From positions 1-26,209 of the forward strand of contig JAEOUE010000188.1 of the NCBI GenBank assembly GCA_016839515.1: a DNA stretch of 26,209 nt. The letters run 5' to 3'. The stretch comes from Candidatus Hodarchaeum mangrovi. Its GTDB lineage: Archaea > Asgardarchaeota > Heimdallarchaeia > Hodarchaeales > Hodarchaeaceae. Positions within the stretch are counted from its first letter, which is position 1. Each line of letters opens with the position of its first letter. Below the pieces are notes generated by a model, which was not told the origin of the DNA, made no database searches, and saw nothing but the letters and a program-made list of their open reading frames with translations. A program made the translations under genes and the position numbers. Positions 17,050-26,207 of the stretch are shown here, one piece after another.

Positions 17050-18819
17050 GTGTGTTTTTTGGCAAAAATAAACCCAAAACTAGCATTCATTCAAAGTATA
17101 GCAGAACAAGAGCGACTTCAAGATCAACAAATCTCTGCTGAAATCAAATCTGCTCTTAATATTCTTCAAAGATCCCCAAAGTCTTATTATACACTTCAAG
17201 ATATTGAAAAAATGCTCGAAGGATTGAAAGTAAAGATGCAGGAAATAAATAAATCAACACATACTGAATTTTCAAAGCGAGGTTTAAAAGAGGTAGATAA
17301 TCTCGACTTGATGGATACTAGTGTCACATTAATCACTATAGAGGAATTAGATCAGCTCAAACGCGAAAATACAGAATTGAAAGAACAAAACTCTGATATT
17401 ACCACTTTCGAGATGAAAATAAATGATTTAAATATTCTATTAGAAGAAAAAGAAGCTTTGATCTCCCAATTAAAAAGTAAACCAGAAATTGACTCTAAAA
17501 AGGTACAAGAAACTATTCAGGAGTTAAATCGTCTTCAAAAACTTTATGATGAATCACAACGTGAATTTAAAAAAGCAATTATGGAAAAAGAAAAGTTTGA
17601 AACAGAATTTGAGAATATTGGCAACACTCTTATGGCTACTCGATTAGAAATAGAAGAATTGCAGGAAGTCCTCGCCAAAAAAGATATTGAAATTGGAAAT
17701 CTTACCTCAGAGGTTCAAGTTTTATCCATACAGGCTGAAGAAAATATTAAAATTAAAGAAACATTAAACAATCGAGAGAAAGAACGCGAAACTATAAAAA
17801 ACGAACTGAGAGATTATAGAACGAGGATCTCTAACCTAGAAAAGGAACTCAAAAACCAAGAAGAGAAAATTGAGGAACTAGAACAAGAAAATGAGGATCT
17901 CCTTCTAGATTCAGGAGAAACAGCCCAAGAGGCTGTTGAATTAAGGAGAAAATTAACTGATTTACAAAAGAACCTTGATCAACGAGAAGCAGAATTTCGA
18001 GAATTATCAATTAAAGCTGAGAGAAGCGACCGAGACACACAGGAAGTGTCAGAACATTTACAGAATCGGCTAAATTCTTTACAAGAAGAACTTAATGAAA
18101 CTCGTAAGATTAATTTAAGTTTAGAATCAAAGATTGAGGAACTTGACATCGAAATCAAGAGCAAAAACGAAAGAATCACTATTATAGAAAAAGATAAAGA
18201 GAAACTCCTAGAATCATTCTCAAATTTGAAAATTGAACAAGAAAAACAAAAATCAACAATTAATGATCTTAAAACTCAACTTACAACTAAAGAAAGCGAA
18301 TTAGATGAAATTCAAAAAGAATTGGAAACACAAAGAGAAGCAAAGGAGGAAATTTCACATATAGCAGATAGTTCACGATCAAAACAAGCTGAAGCTCAAA
18401 GAGAACGCGATATTTTCGAAACAAAAATTAGAGCACTAGAAACGAGAATAAAGGATTTTGAATCAGCTAATGAAAGACTAGAAAAAAGAACGAATGAGTT
18501 ATCGAAAGATTTGGAAAAGATTTCTCAAGATTTAATGGCTACAACAAACCTTAACAAGAAATTGGAAAAATCTAACTTAAAACTTAAAGATGTGGTTGAG
18601 ACTTTACGAGTGAACCTTGCGAAAAATCCTAAATTTGCTTTATTATTTATTTTACAGGACATTCGACAAGCATCAGTTGGAGAACTGGCAAAATCAGCAG
18701 CAATTCAATTAGCCTTTGCAGCACGATTATTACAAGATCTTCATTCTGAAGGTTGGATTGAATTCAATGAAGAAACTGGAATTGCTTCACTAAAAAAATC
18801 ACTTCTTGAAGCAGAATAA
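17050..18819 (+). CDS. Long coiled-coil protein with C-terminal winged-HTH-like domain (start probably TTG17059)
   Basis: About 430 aa of E/K/L/Q-rich heptads without ATPase motifs; C-terminal PKFALLFILQ..ASVGELAKSAAIQLAFAARLLQDLHSEGWIEF. Confidence 0.8.
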   Translation: MCFLAKINPKLAFIQSIAEQERLQDQQISAEIKSALNILQRSPKSYYTLQDIEKMLEGLKVKMQEINKSTHTEFSKRGLKEVDNLDLMDTSVTLITIEELDQLKRENTELKEQNSDITTFEMKINDLNILLEEKEALISQLKSKPEIDSKKVQETIQELNRLQKLYDESQREFKKAIMEKEKFETEFENIGNTLMATRLEIEELQEVLAKKDIEIGNLTSEVQVLSIQAEENIKIKETLNNREKERETIKNELRDYRTRISNLEKELKNQEEKIEELEQENEDLLLDSGETAQEAVELRRKLTDLQKNLDQREAEFRELSIKAERSDRDTQEVSEHLQNRLNSLQEELNETRKINLSLESKIEELDIEIKSKNERITIIEKDKEKLLESFSNLKIEQEKQKSTINDLKTQLTTKESELDEIQKELETQREAKEEISHIADSSRSKQAEAQRERDIFETKIRALETRIKDFESANERLEKRTNELSKDLEKISQDLMATTNLNKKLEKSNLKLKDVVETLRVNLAKNPKFALLFILQDIRQASVGELAKSAAIQLAFAARLLQDLHSEGWIEFNEETGIASLKKSLLEAE

Positions 18820-18855
18820 AGAATTCAAACCGAATAAATAATTAGGTGTATCAGA

Positions 18856-19707
18856 ATGGATGTTGTTTCACTCCTAAAGCTATGTAAAAAGAATTTAATC
18901 GGTTTAGATTCAGAAATTAGTTTAATAATTTCAGCAATAGACAACCAAATTCCAGTAATGATAGAGGGAGACTCAGGAACTGGGAAGACTGAATTAGCAA
19001 AAACCTTAGCATCTGTTTTATTAAGGCCATTCTATAGAGTTGATGGGGATGAAAATCTTACTATAAATAAAATAAGGGGATGGTTTGATCCTCCATTAGT
19101 AATGAAATTAGGCTTTAGTAAACAAAGTTTTGTTGCAGGTCCATTAGTTAGGGCAATGCAAGAAGGAGGACTTTTTTTCTTTAATGAAGTGAATAGAGCA
19201 CCCAGTGAATCATTGAATGGTGTATTAGCAGCAATGGATGAAAGGAAAATTGACATCCCCCAAATGGATCGAATAGAAGCAACTAATACTTTTTATTCGA
19301 TCTTCACTTTAAATCCACAAGAATACGTTGGGACAAATCCACTTCCAGAAGCTTTTTTTGACCGCTGTATATTAATAAAATTATCACATAAGTCTGGTCA
19401 AGAGGCAGAACAAATTGTTCAGCTACGTACAAATTATAATAATAATGATCTAATTTCTAAAATTGTTAAATTTACAGACGAAACGAGAATTTCAAAGTAC
19501 TTTGAGAGAGGAGCTAGTGTAAGAGCTGCAATTCAATTGACTCAGCTTTTGAAAAGTCAAATATTATCTCCTGAAAATGTTCTTTCTGCAATTTTTGCAG
19601 TATATTCAGGAAAAGTAAAATTACACCCAGATATTGCAAAATCCGTGAATGAATGCTTGAAAGAACTCGCTGAACCGATTTTTTTAATCCCAACAAAAAA
19701 CTCATAG
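18856..19707 (+). CDS. MoxR-family AAA+ ATPase (CoxD-like)
   Basis: Walker A GDSGTGKT, FVAGPLVRAMQEGG, Walker B variant FFFNEVNRA, TLNP, LPEAFFDR, sensor-2 SVRA; SD AGGTG upstream. Confidence 0.88.
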   Translation: MDVVSLLKLCKKNLIGLDSEISLIISAIDNQIPVMIEGDSGTGKTELAKTLASVLLRPFYRVDGDENLTINKIRGWFDPPLVMKLGFSKQSFVAGPLVRAMQEGGLFFFNEVNRAPSESLNGVLAAMDERKIDIPQMDRIEATNTFYSIFTLNPQEYVGTNPLPEAFFDRCILIKLSHKSGQEAEQIVQLRTNYNNNDLISKIVKFTDETRISKYFERGASVRAAIQLTQLLKSQILSPENVLSAIFAVYSGKVKLHPDIAKSVNECLKELAEPIFLIPTKNS

Positions 19708-19726
19708 AGCGGGACGTTGATCCCGC
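19695..19726 (+). other. Putative -1 programmed ribosomal frameshift element
   Basis: In-frame A_AAA_AAC (19695-19701), 7-nt spacer, hairpin GCGGGA-CGTTGA-TCCCGC (19709-19726); the -1 frame is open into the VWA ORF. Confidence 0.72.
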
Positions 19727-19748
19727 AATTCTCTACTATCAAAAGCTG

Positions 19749-20735
19749 GTGAATTCCACCTTTAAAAGTTCGCTACTTGAACAAATTTATGAAGTTCAAT
19801 CCCAACAAAAATTTGACCAAAGTAAAGCTTTTGATTTCACACGAAAGGCGTTTCAGCATAAGGAAATCCACGTAGTAGAACTTATTTCTGAATCATTCCC
19901 TAAAATTGTTACAGAGGTTATTGAACTAGATAAAATTGATTTGAATTTAATCTTAGAGTCATCTACATTAATATTTCAACTTAAGGAATACTTAAGTGCT
20001 GAAGATCGCAAATTTCTCTTACAGAAAATTATTCCTCGCTTAATAAAACATGCAGAAAAAATATATAACACTATAAACAGATCTAAATACCCCAATGTTC
20101 AATCCTATTCTCCTGGTAATGAATGGGATACAGAACGTACTATAGAAAATTTTTTATGTTCAGGAGACTCGTATTTTTCTTATAAGCATGTTATTTGCAG
20201 CACAAGATATGAAAAACAGAAGAATGTGATCCTAATTATAGATAAAAGTCATTCAGTTTTACTCTACCTCAAATGGATTATATTAACCTCAATACTATTT
20301 TGTCGATCAATGAAACTTAAAGACATCTCGCTTATTGTTTTTGACACTTCAACAGAACTTCTTAAGTCATTTAATGACATTTCCATCAATGTTGATAGTT
20401 TAACGAATAGATTAGTTAATCTTGGGTCTGGAGGAAAAACAAATATTTACTCAGCTCTTGAGCTGGCAAATTCTGAATTTTTAAAACGTATAAGTCCTCA
20501 TAAATCTCTTGTGATGATTTCAGATCTCTTAGCAACTAGTGGAGCAGATTTTTTGCCTCTTTTAAAACGAATTGAGCATGTAAAGATTATCTTGACCCCA
20601 AGAAGACAGACACTCCAGTTAACAAAACCAATTTTAGGAGAATTAAGACGGATGGCTAATGTAAAAATTCATTTGATGCCAACAGATGAAAAAGATATCC
20701 CAAAAATGTTGGAACAAGTCCTATATGACTATTAA
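19749..20735 (+). CDS. VWA (MIDAS) domain protein, CoxE-like; probably made as a frameshift fusion with the upstream AAA+ domain (frame open from 19674)
   Basis: WDTERTIEN (D..RT signature), VILIIDKSHS (DxSxS), GGKTN, LVMISD. Confidence 0.82.
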   Translation: MNSTFKSSLLEQIYEVQSQQKFDQSKAFDFTRKAFQHKEIHVVELISESFPKIVTEVIELDKIDLNLILESSTLIFQLKEYLSAEDRKFLLQKIIPRLIKHAEKIYNTINRSKYPNVQSYSPGNEWDTERTIENFLCSGDSYFSYKHVICSTRYEKQKNVILIIDKSHSVLLYLKWIILTSILFCRSMKLKDISLIVFDTSTELLKSFNDISINVDSLTNRLVNLGSGGKTNIYSALELANSEFLKRISPHKSLVMISDLLATSGADFLPLLKRIEHVKIILTPRRQTLQLTKPILGELRRMANVKIHLMPTDEKDIPKMLEQVLYDY

Positions 20736-22243
20736 CTTCTCACACCTGAAATATTTTCCTTAATAGTTACGGAGGTAACACGATTCAAGATTTCTTCATA
20801 TTGTTGGGGATTGAAAAATCTAAAAACAGCTAAAACTCTTGTTCTGAAGTTAGGATGATCCTGATCCTGCTCATTAGTTCCTAATAATTCATGTTCAAAA
20901 ACCATTTTATCGGGTTGAGCAATTAATGTCTCAATAAAACTCTCAATTTCCTCTTCCTCTAATATAAAGTTCGAATCTGAATCAAAAAACCTCCAATCAA
21001 TAGTTTTTTGCTTCAAATCACTTGGTTTCAAATCTTTTGATTCTTCATCTAAATCAGCAAAATATTTACTCCTTTTTTCTAATAAAGCGGGAACAGCTTT
21101 TTCTATCAATTCATTTTTTATTTTCTCATCCAATTCAATTCCATAATTACTTATGAGCTCATCAAATTTCGCTTCAAGGAATACTTTAGGAGCATTTTCT
21201 CTTGCAATATCTTCATCAAGCTGATTTTTAGGGAATCTTTGATTCACCATACGAAGAAAAGCTGTTGTGGGCTTCCTCGAACCTGATAAACCTTCTAACC
21301 ACTCAATTTCACGATATAAGGTCTGCATTGCCTCACTTCTTTGACCCAAATGGATTAAAGAATTTATAAGGACATTAGGCCCAAATAATTCTGCAGCATA
21401 ATAATCTGCTAAAAATTCTGCATTCCTATTTGCTGAATAAAGAAAATGCACAGTAAATCTCATAACAAATGCTATTAACAAATATACAAATAAAAGAAAA
21501 ATTGCTCGATTCAGAGCTGCAAGATAATCCTGACTATCGAAAATTGCAGTGAGTATCCCAGTCCCAACTTGGAGATAAATAAAAAGATAAGCTAGAGTTA
21601 AAAAGGTTCGTGGTATTGATAAGACTAATCTGACCAAACTATCTCCATTTTTTACGTGAGCTAATTCATGTGCGATTACAGATTCAATTTCCTTATCATT
21701 AAGAATTTCTAAAACATTAGTATTAAGTACAAGGTAGGGGCGTCTTAAAAAAGGAATTGGAAGTAGATCCAAACTAAAAGCATTAGGCACAGCTTTTCGA
21801 TATACAAAGATTTTCGTTACTCGAATCTTTGCATGATTGGACACTTTAGTGACTAATGAAATTGTTTTTTCTACAAGTGGTGCTTCTTCTGGTGAGTGTG
21901 CAGGACCATAGAGTGGTTCAGGATATATTTGAACCATATTCTTATTTGAAAAAACAATATTAATCAGAAACGCTAAAAGTAGGATCTGTAATCCAGCTGT
22001 GAGTAAAACAAGAAGAGCTGTAAATCTAAGGTTTATATCTCCAGTTTCATCAAAAGGATTTAGGGTTATGTAAAAACCAAAAATATGAAGTGCTTTCATA
22101 GAAAAAGGGGTGTTAGTCGGTATTTGAGGAGGAATTTGGCGTATTGATACCCAAGAAACGAAAATCATCTGTAAATATGTGAGTAAAAAGAAAATTGCAG
22201 CATTAAACATTCGTGAAAGTCTTATTCTTAGGATAGATGTCAA
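20732..22243 (-). CDS. M48 (HtpX-like) membrane zinc metalloprotease with extended C-terminal insert
   Basis: Four TM segments, PNAF, VIAHELAH (HExxH), RNAEFLAD (third ligand), HP..RTR; GAGGA upstream of the TTG start. Confidence 0.87.
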   Translation of the reverse strand: MTSILRIRLSRMFNAAIFFLLTYLQMIFVSWVSIRQIPPQIPTNTPFSMKALHIFGFYITLNPFDETGDINLRFTALLVLLTAGLQILLLAFLINIVFSNKNMVQIYPEPLYGPAHSPEEAPLVEKTISLVTKVSNHAKIRVTKIFVYRKAVPNAFSLDLLPIPFLRRPYLVLNTNVLEILNDKEIESVIAHELAHVKNGDSLVRLVLSIPRTFLTLAYLFIYLQVGTGILTAIFDSQDYLAALNRAIFLLFVYLLIAFVMRFTVHFLYSANRNAEFLADYYAAELFGPNVLINSLIHLGQRSEAMQTLYREIEWLEGLSGSRKPTTAFLRMVNQRFPKNQLDEDIARENAPKVFLEAKFDELISNYGIELDEKIKNELIEKAVPALLEKRSKYFADLDEESKDLKPSDLKQKTIDWRFFDSDSNFILEEEEIESFIETLIAQPDKMVFEHELLGTNEQDQDHPNFRTRVLAVFRFFNPQQYEEILNRVTSVTIKENISGVRS

Positions 22244-22370
22244 AGAAAGATCCTCAATTACTCAAAACTTAATAGTTTATTTATATTCTCATAATTTTTG
22301 GTTTTCTTAAAAAAATTCACCTTGAAGTTTAAAGATTAGAATTATTAAAGGATTTATCGAATGTTAATTA

Positions 22371-25115
22371 TCACCAATATCCTGCTAAATGCCGAAAACG
22401 TGGGAATTTATGAGCAATAAAGGTACGAAGCTCATCTATTATAATTAATAAACTACCTACTCCAAAGATTACCATCCAATCCGTAATGGAAAGAGGTACT
22501 GTTTCAAAAAATGGATTAAAGAATGGTACGTAAATTACTAAAAAATGTAAGAATATGGAAGAGGAAATTGCTAGCAATAAATAGGGATTTCGAAAGAATT
22601 CTTTACCTAGAAGTGAGTGTTCTTCTTTTCTAATGTTCAGGGCTATAATCATTTGAAATATAATTAATTGTGAAAAGGCCATAGTTCTGGCATAAATTTC
22701 ATGTTCATGATCAATTGCAGGATTATATGCTAAGAAAATCATTAAAGTTAAGACCCCAATAATTATTCCAGAATAAAATATAAAATAAAGTGATTTTCTG
22801 GTCAGAACTGGTTCTTGCGGATTTCTAGGTTTTCTTATCATTACATCTGGATCAGGAGGATCAACACCCATGGCTAATGCAGGTAAGCCATCTGTAACTA
22901 AATTAACCCATAAAATTTGTATCGCAATTAATGGAAGAATAGGCCCATCATATAATAGAGACGTAATGACAATACCTACGAACATAACCATTATTTCACC
23001 TGCATTACAGGATAATAAATAAAGGATAAACTTCCTCATATTGTCATAAATTGTTCTACCTTCTTTAATTGCTCCAATTATTGTAGAAAAATCATCATCA
23101 GCCAAAACCATATCCGAGGCTTCTTTTGAAACATCAGTTCCTGAAATTCCCATAGCAACTCCTATATCAGCTCTTTTCAAAGCAGGAGCATCATTAACTC
23201 CATCCCCTGTCATAGCAACAATTTCATTTTTTGCTTTAAGGGCAGTAACTAATCTCAACTTGTGCTCAGGAGATACACGCGCATATATACTAGTATTATG
23301 AATTACTTCTTCTAATTCAGAAGAACCCATGTTTGCGAGCTGTTTCCCTTCAAGAAATTGGCTACTATCGGAAACATCATCAATTAATCCAATCTCCTGA
23401 GCAACAGCAACTGCGGTCTTTAAATGATCTCCTGTAATCATTATAGGACGAATTCCTGCCTTTTTACACGTTTCTATCGCTTTTTTAGTACCTTTTCTAG
23501 GAGGATCCATTATTGCTACAGCTCCTAAATAAATTAACTGTTCTTCAATCTTTTCTGTATCTTCAGATATTATGTTGATTTCCGCTTTAGCTTCTGGAAG
23601 CTTTTTATATGCCATACCAAGCATTCGAAATCCTGATTGGGCAACAGCTTGTTCATCGTCCTCTAACCTCTTTTTTGTCAATTCATCTAATTTTAAAACT
23701 TCTCCTTCAGAAAAATAATAAGTACACAAGTTTATGAGAACATCTGGAGCACCCTTAGTGAAGACAAAATAATTTCCACTTGGATCCCTAACTAGAACAC
23801 TCATTCGTTTAGAATTTGAATCAAAAGGAACCTCTAAATGTCTTTCATATTGAGAGTGAATTTTTAAGCGATTAGCGACTTTCAATAACGCTAATTCAGT
23901 AGGATCTCCTATTTCAGCTGTTTTTTTATTCCCTTTCGGTGAAAGTTGAGCATTATTACAAACCATTCCAACGGTAAGAATCTTAGAAATGTTTTCATTA
24001 ATCTCTAAATCGTCTGATATGGTGTATTGACCTACAGTGGTTAAAATTCTTCTAACTGTCATTTTATTTTCTGTTAATGTTCCTGTTTTATCACTACAAA
24101 TAACAGTAGTACTTCCTAAAGTTTCTACTGAGGGTAGTCGACGGATAATGGCATTACTTCGACTCATTCTCTGAACTCCTAAAGCTAGGGCAAGAGTAAC
24201 TACAGCGGGCAATCCTTCAGGTACTGCAGCTACAGCTAAACCTACCGCTACAATAAACATTTTAACTACTTCTTGTTTTAGCAAAATCCCCATAGTGAAT
24301 ATTACTCCACAAATAGTTAGGCTTGCAATACCTAACCACTTTCCTAAAGTAGTTAAACGCTTTTGAAGAGGAGTTTCTTCAACTTCATCTTCCATTAATC
24401 CTTTTGCTATCAATCCGAATTCTGTAGACATTCCAGTATTTACAATTAAAGCGTGTCCTCTACCACGAGTAATACTTGTCCCGCTAAATAGTGAATTTTT
24501 ACGATCACCAATAGAAACATTACTTAATATCCGATCAGACACCTCTTTTACTACAGGGAATGACTCACCTGTAAGAGGCGATTCATCAACAAACAATGAC
24601 ATTGCTTGAATTAATCGAGCATCAGCGGGGATTTTATCACCTTCCTCGATCAGAATAATATCACCTGGAACTAAAAATCGAGCTTCAATTCTTTGTTTAT
24701 TCCCGTCTCTAATAACAGTGCTAAAAGGAGCAGCCAAGGATTTTAACGCCTCAATTGATTTTTCAGCCCGATATTCCTGTATAAATCCAAATAAAGCATT
24801 AAATAAGACAATTGTTGAAATAGCAATTGAATCAATGAAATATTCTATCTGTTCATTTGGATTATGGGAAAATAATCCAATTAAAACAGAAATTCCTAGT
24901 GCCACAAGTAATATTATAACTAAAGGATCTTGAAACTGTGCCAAAAAAGTAAAAAAGGGATGTTTCTTCTTTTTCTTCTGAATTTCATTAAACCCATATT
25001 TGGTTAAGCGAAAGGATGCCTCTTCAGTAGAAAGTCCTAAGTCGGAACTATTTAGATCATTATAAAGATCTTTAAGAGGTTTAACGTACCACTGATCCAT
25101 ATTACTTTTCACCAC
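22371..25115 (-). CDS. P-type ATPase, type IIA Ca2+-transporting (SERCA/PMR1-like)
   Basis: TGES, VPEGL, CSDKTGTLT, KGAPD, MITGD, TGDGVNDAPAL, M5 SCNAGE, M6 LWVNLVTDGLPALA. Confidence 0.93.
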   Translation of the reverse strand: MVKSNMDQWYVKPLKDLYNDLNSSDLGLSTEEASFRLTKYGFNEIQKKKKKHPFFTFLAQFQDPLVIILLVALGISVLIGLFSHNPNEQIEYFIDSIAISTIVLFNALFGFIQEYRAEKSIEALKSLAAPFSTVIRDGNKQRIEARFLVPGDIILIEEGDKIPADARLIQAMSLFVDESPLTGESFPVVKEVSDRILSNVSIGDRKNSLFSGTSITRGRGHALIVNTGMSTEFGLIAKGLMEDEVEETPLQKRLTTLGKWLGIASLTICGVIFTMGILLKQEVVKMFIVAVGLAVAAVPEGLPAVVTLALALGVQRMSRSNAIIRRLPSVETLGSTTVICSDKTGTLTENKMTVRRILTTVGQYTISDDLEINENISKILTVGMVCNNAQLSPKGNKKTAEIGDPTELALLKVANRLKIHSQYERHLEVPFDSNSKRMSVLVRDPSGNYFVFTKGAPDVLINLCTYYFSEGEVLKLDELTKKRLEDDEQAVAQSGFRMLGMAYKKLPEAKAEINIISEDTEKIEEQLIYLGAVAIMDPPRKGTKKAIETCKKAGIRPIMITGDHLKTAVAVAQEIGLIDDVSDSSQFLEGKQLANMGSSELEEVIHNTSIYARVSPEHKLRLVTALKAKNEIVAMTGDGVNDAPALKRADIGVAMGISGTDVSKEASDMVLADDDFSTIIGAIKEGRTIYDNMRKFILYLLSCNAGEIMVMFVGIVITSLLYDGPILPLIAIQILWVNLVTDGLPALAMGVDPPDPDVMIRKPRNPQEPVLTRKSLYFIFYSGIIIGVLTLMIFLAYNPAIDHEHEIYARTMAFSQLIIFQMIIALNIRKEEHSLLGKEFFRNPYLLLAISSSIFLHFLVIYVPFFNPFFETVPLSITDWMVIFGVGSLLIIIDELRTFIAHKFPRFRHLAGYW

Positions 25116-25340
25116 ATTTAATACAAAGAAGAATAAAATAATATTTAAAAATTCTTGAAGCTATTAATCCTTGAATTCCTCTATTTTTAGTTTTAAAAGA
25201 ATATTTTTCAATAAGATATGTTGATTTCTACAATTGCATGATTAATGCAATCCCTTTTAAATTTCTCTGAAAGCTAATATGATATATCAAGAATAATAAA
25301 TAATTACGATAATCTGAAAACACAATGTTCTTAGGTGTTA

Positions 25341-26207
25341 TTATGCAAAAACTTGAATTATATCACCATCTTGTAGGATTCGATCTAATCCAACTTTTTC
25401 TCCATCATAATTTGCAGAAAAACCCCAAATCCGTGCAAAACGGAAGAATTTAAGCATTTTTTTTGATAGAACTTCTATAGCATTTTCAACAGTGCTACCT
25501 TTTTCTAAAATAATGGGTCTTTCAGCAATTTCACCCTTTATATTTCTAGTATAGACTCTAATTTTCCCCAGCTTTTGAAAAATGACTTCTTCAACATTTT
25601 CAAATCCTATCTTCTGGACTTGTGAAGTTGGTATTATATCAAATTTTAGACCATTTTCATCAATATATTGTCTTAGAGCAAAAAAACCTGCCTTTGATCT
25701 TTCTTCATCTCCTTTCGTAGCAATAATTAATGCTGGTAAATAACTGATTGAAAGATCTAGGGCATCTATAAACTGAGAAACACTTGTAGGACCATGAAAA
25801 CGAACAATAGCGTTCAAAAATCCATTAGATCGCATAAGATCAATTATTGCATCTTTTCCTTCACCCTCGAAAAAATGGTCATTAAATACTTGTATATTAC
25901 CTGCTCCAACTTTTTCAATACTTACAGGAGGTTTAGAAGAGTTTAATCGAATCCTTCCAATGTTAAGCTCTTTCATAATTATTTTGAGTTGATCTATAGG
26001 GTCAGTAGAAATATCTATAGCTATTATTATACAATCAGCGTTCCTTACTCCAGCAAGTACCAATTTCCCAGACATTTCACCTTTTGCACTACCATTAACT
26101 AGTGCTGGAAGTTCTACTAGCTGTAAACGTGCCCCTTTTGCTGTAGTAGACCCAACTTCGGGTTTTACTGTTGTAAAAGGATAAGAACCAACTTTTGCGG
26201 CTTCAGA
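25341..26207 (-). CDS. DRG/Obg-family GTP-binding protein with C-terminal TGS domain (5' end outside the window)
   Basis: Frame open to the window edge: SEAAKVGSYPFTTVKP (G2), QLVELPA, VRNAD, TKGD; TGS IRVYT..FARIWG.S..GEKVGLD..LQDGDIIQV. Confidence 0.88.
   Translation of the reverse strand, partial: SEAAKVGSYPFTTVKPEVGSTTAKGARLQLVELPALVNGSAKGEMSGKLVLAGVRNADCIIIAIDISTDPIDQLKIIMKELNIGRIRLNSSKPPVSIEKVGAGNIQVFNDHFFEGEGKDAIIDLMRSNGFLNAIVRFHGPTSVSQFIDALDLSISYLPALIIATKGDEERSKAGFFALRQYIDENGLKFDIIPTSQVQKIGFENVEEVIFQKLGKIRVYTRNIKGEIAERPIILEKGSTVENAIEVLSKKMLKFFRFARIWGFSANYDGEKVGLDRILQDGDIIQVFA

Noticed and set aside
17050-18819. Annotation as SMC/Rad50
   Set aside because: No Walker A/B, signature motif, hinge or Zn-hook.
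19709-19726. Hairpin read as a simple moxR terminator
   Set aside because: No U-tract follows, and its 7-nt spacing from an in-frame slippery heptamer fits a frameshift stimulator better; not fully excluded.
17979-19742. Minus-strand ORFs 17979..18179, 19032..19256, 19514..19705 and 19557..19742
   Set aside because: Antisense shadows of well-supported plus-strand genes.
24718-24933. 71-aa plus-strand ORF
   Set aside because: Antisense to the P-type ATPase.
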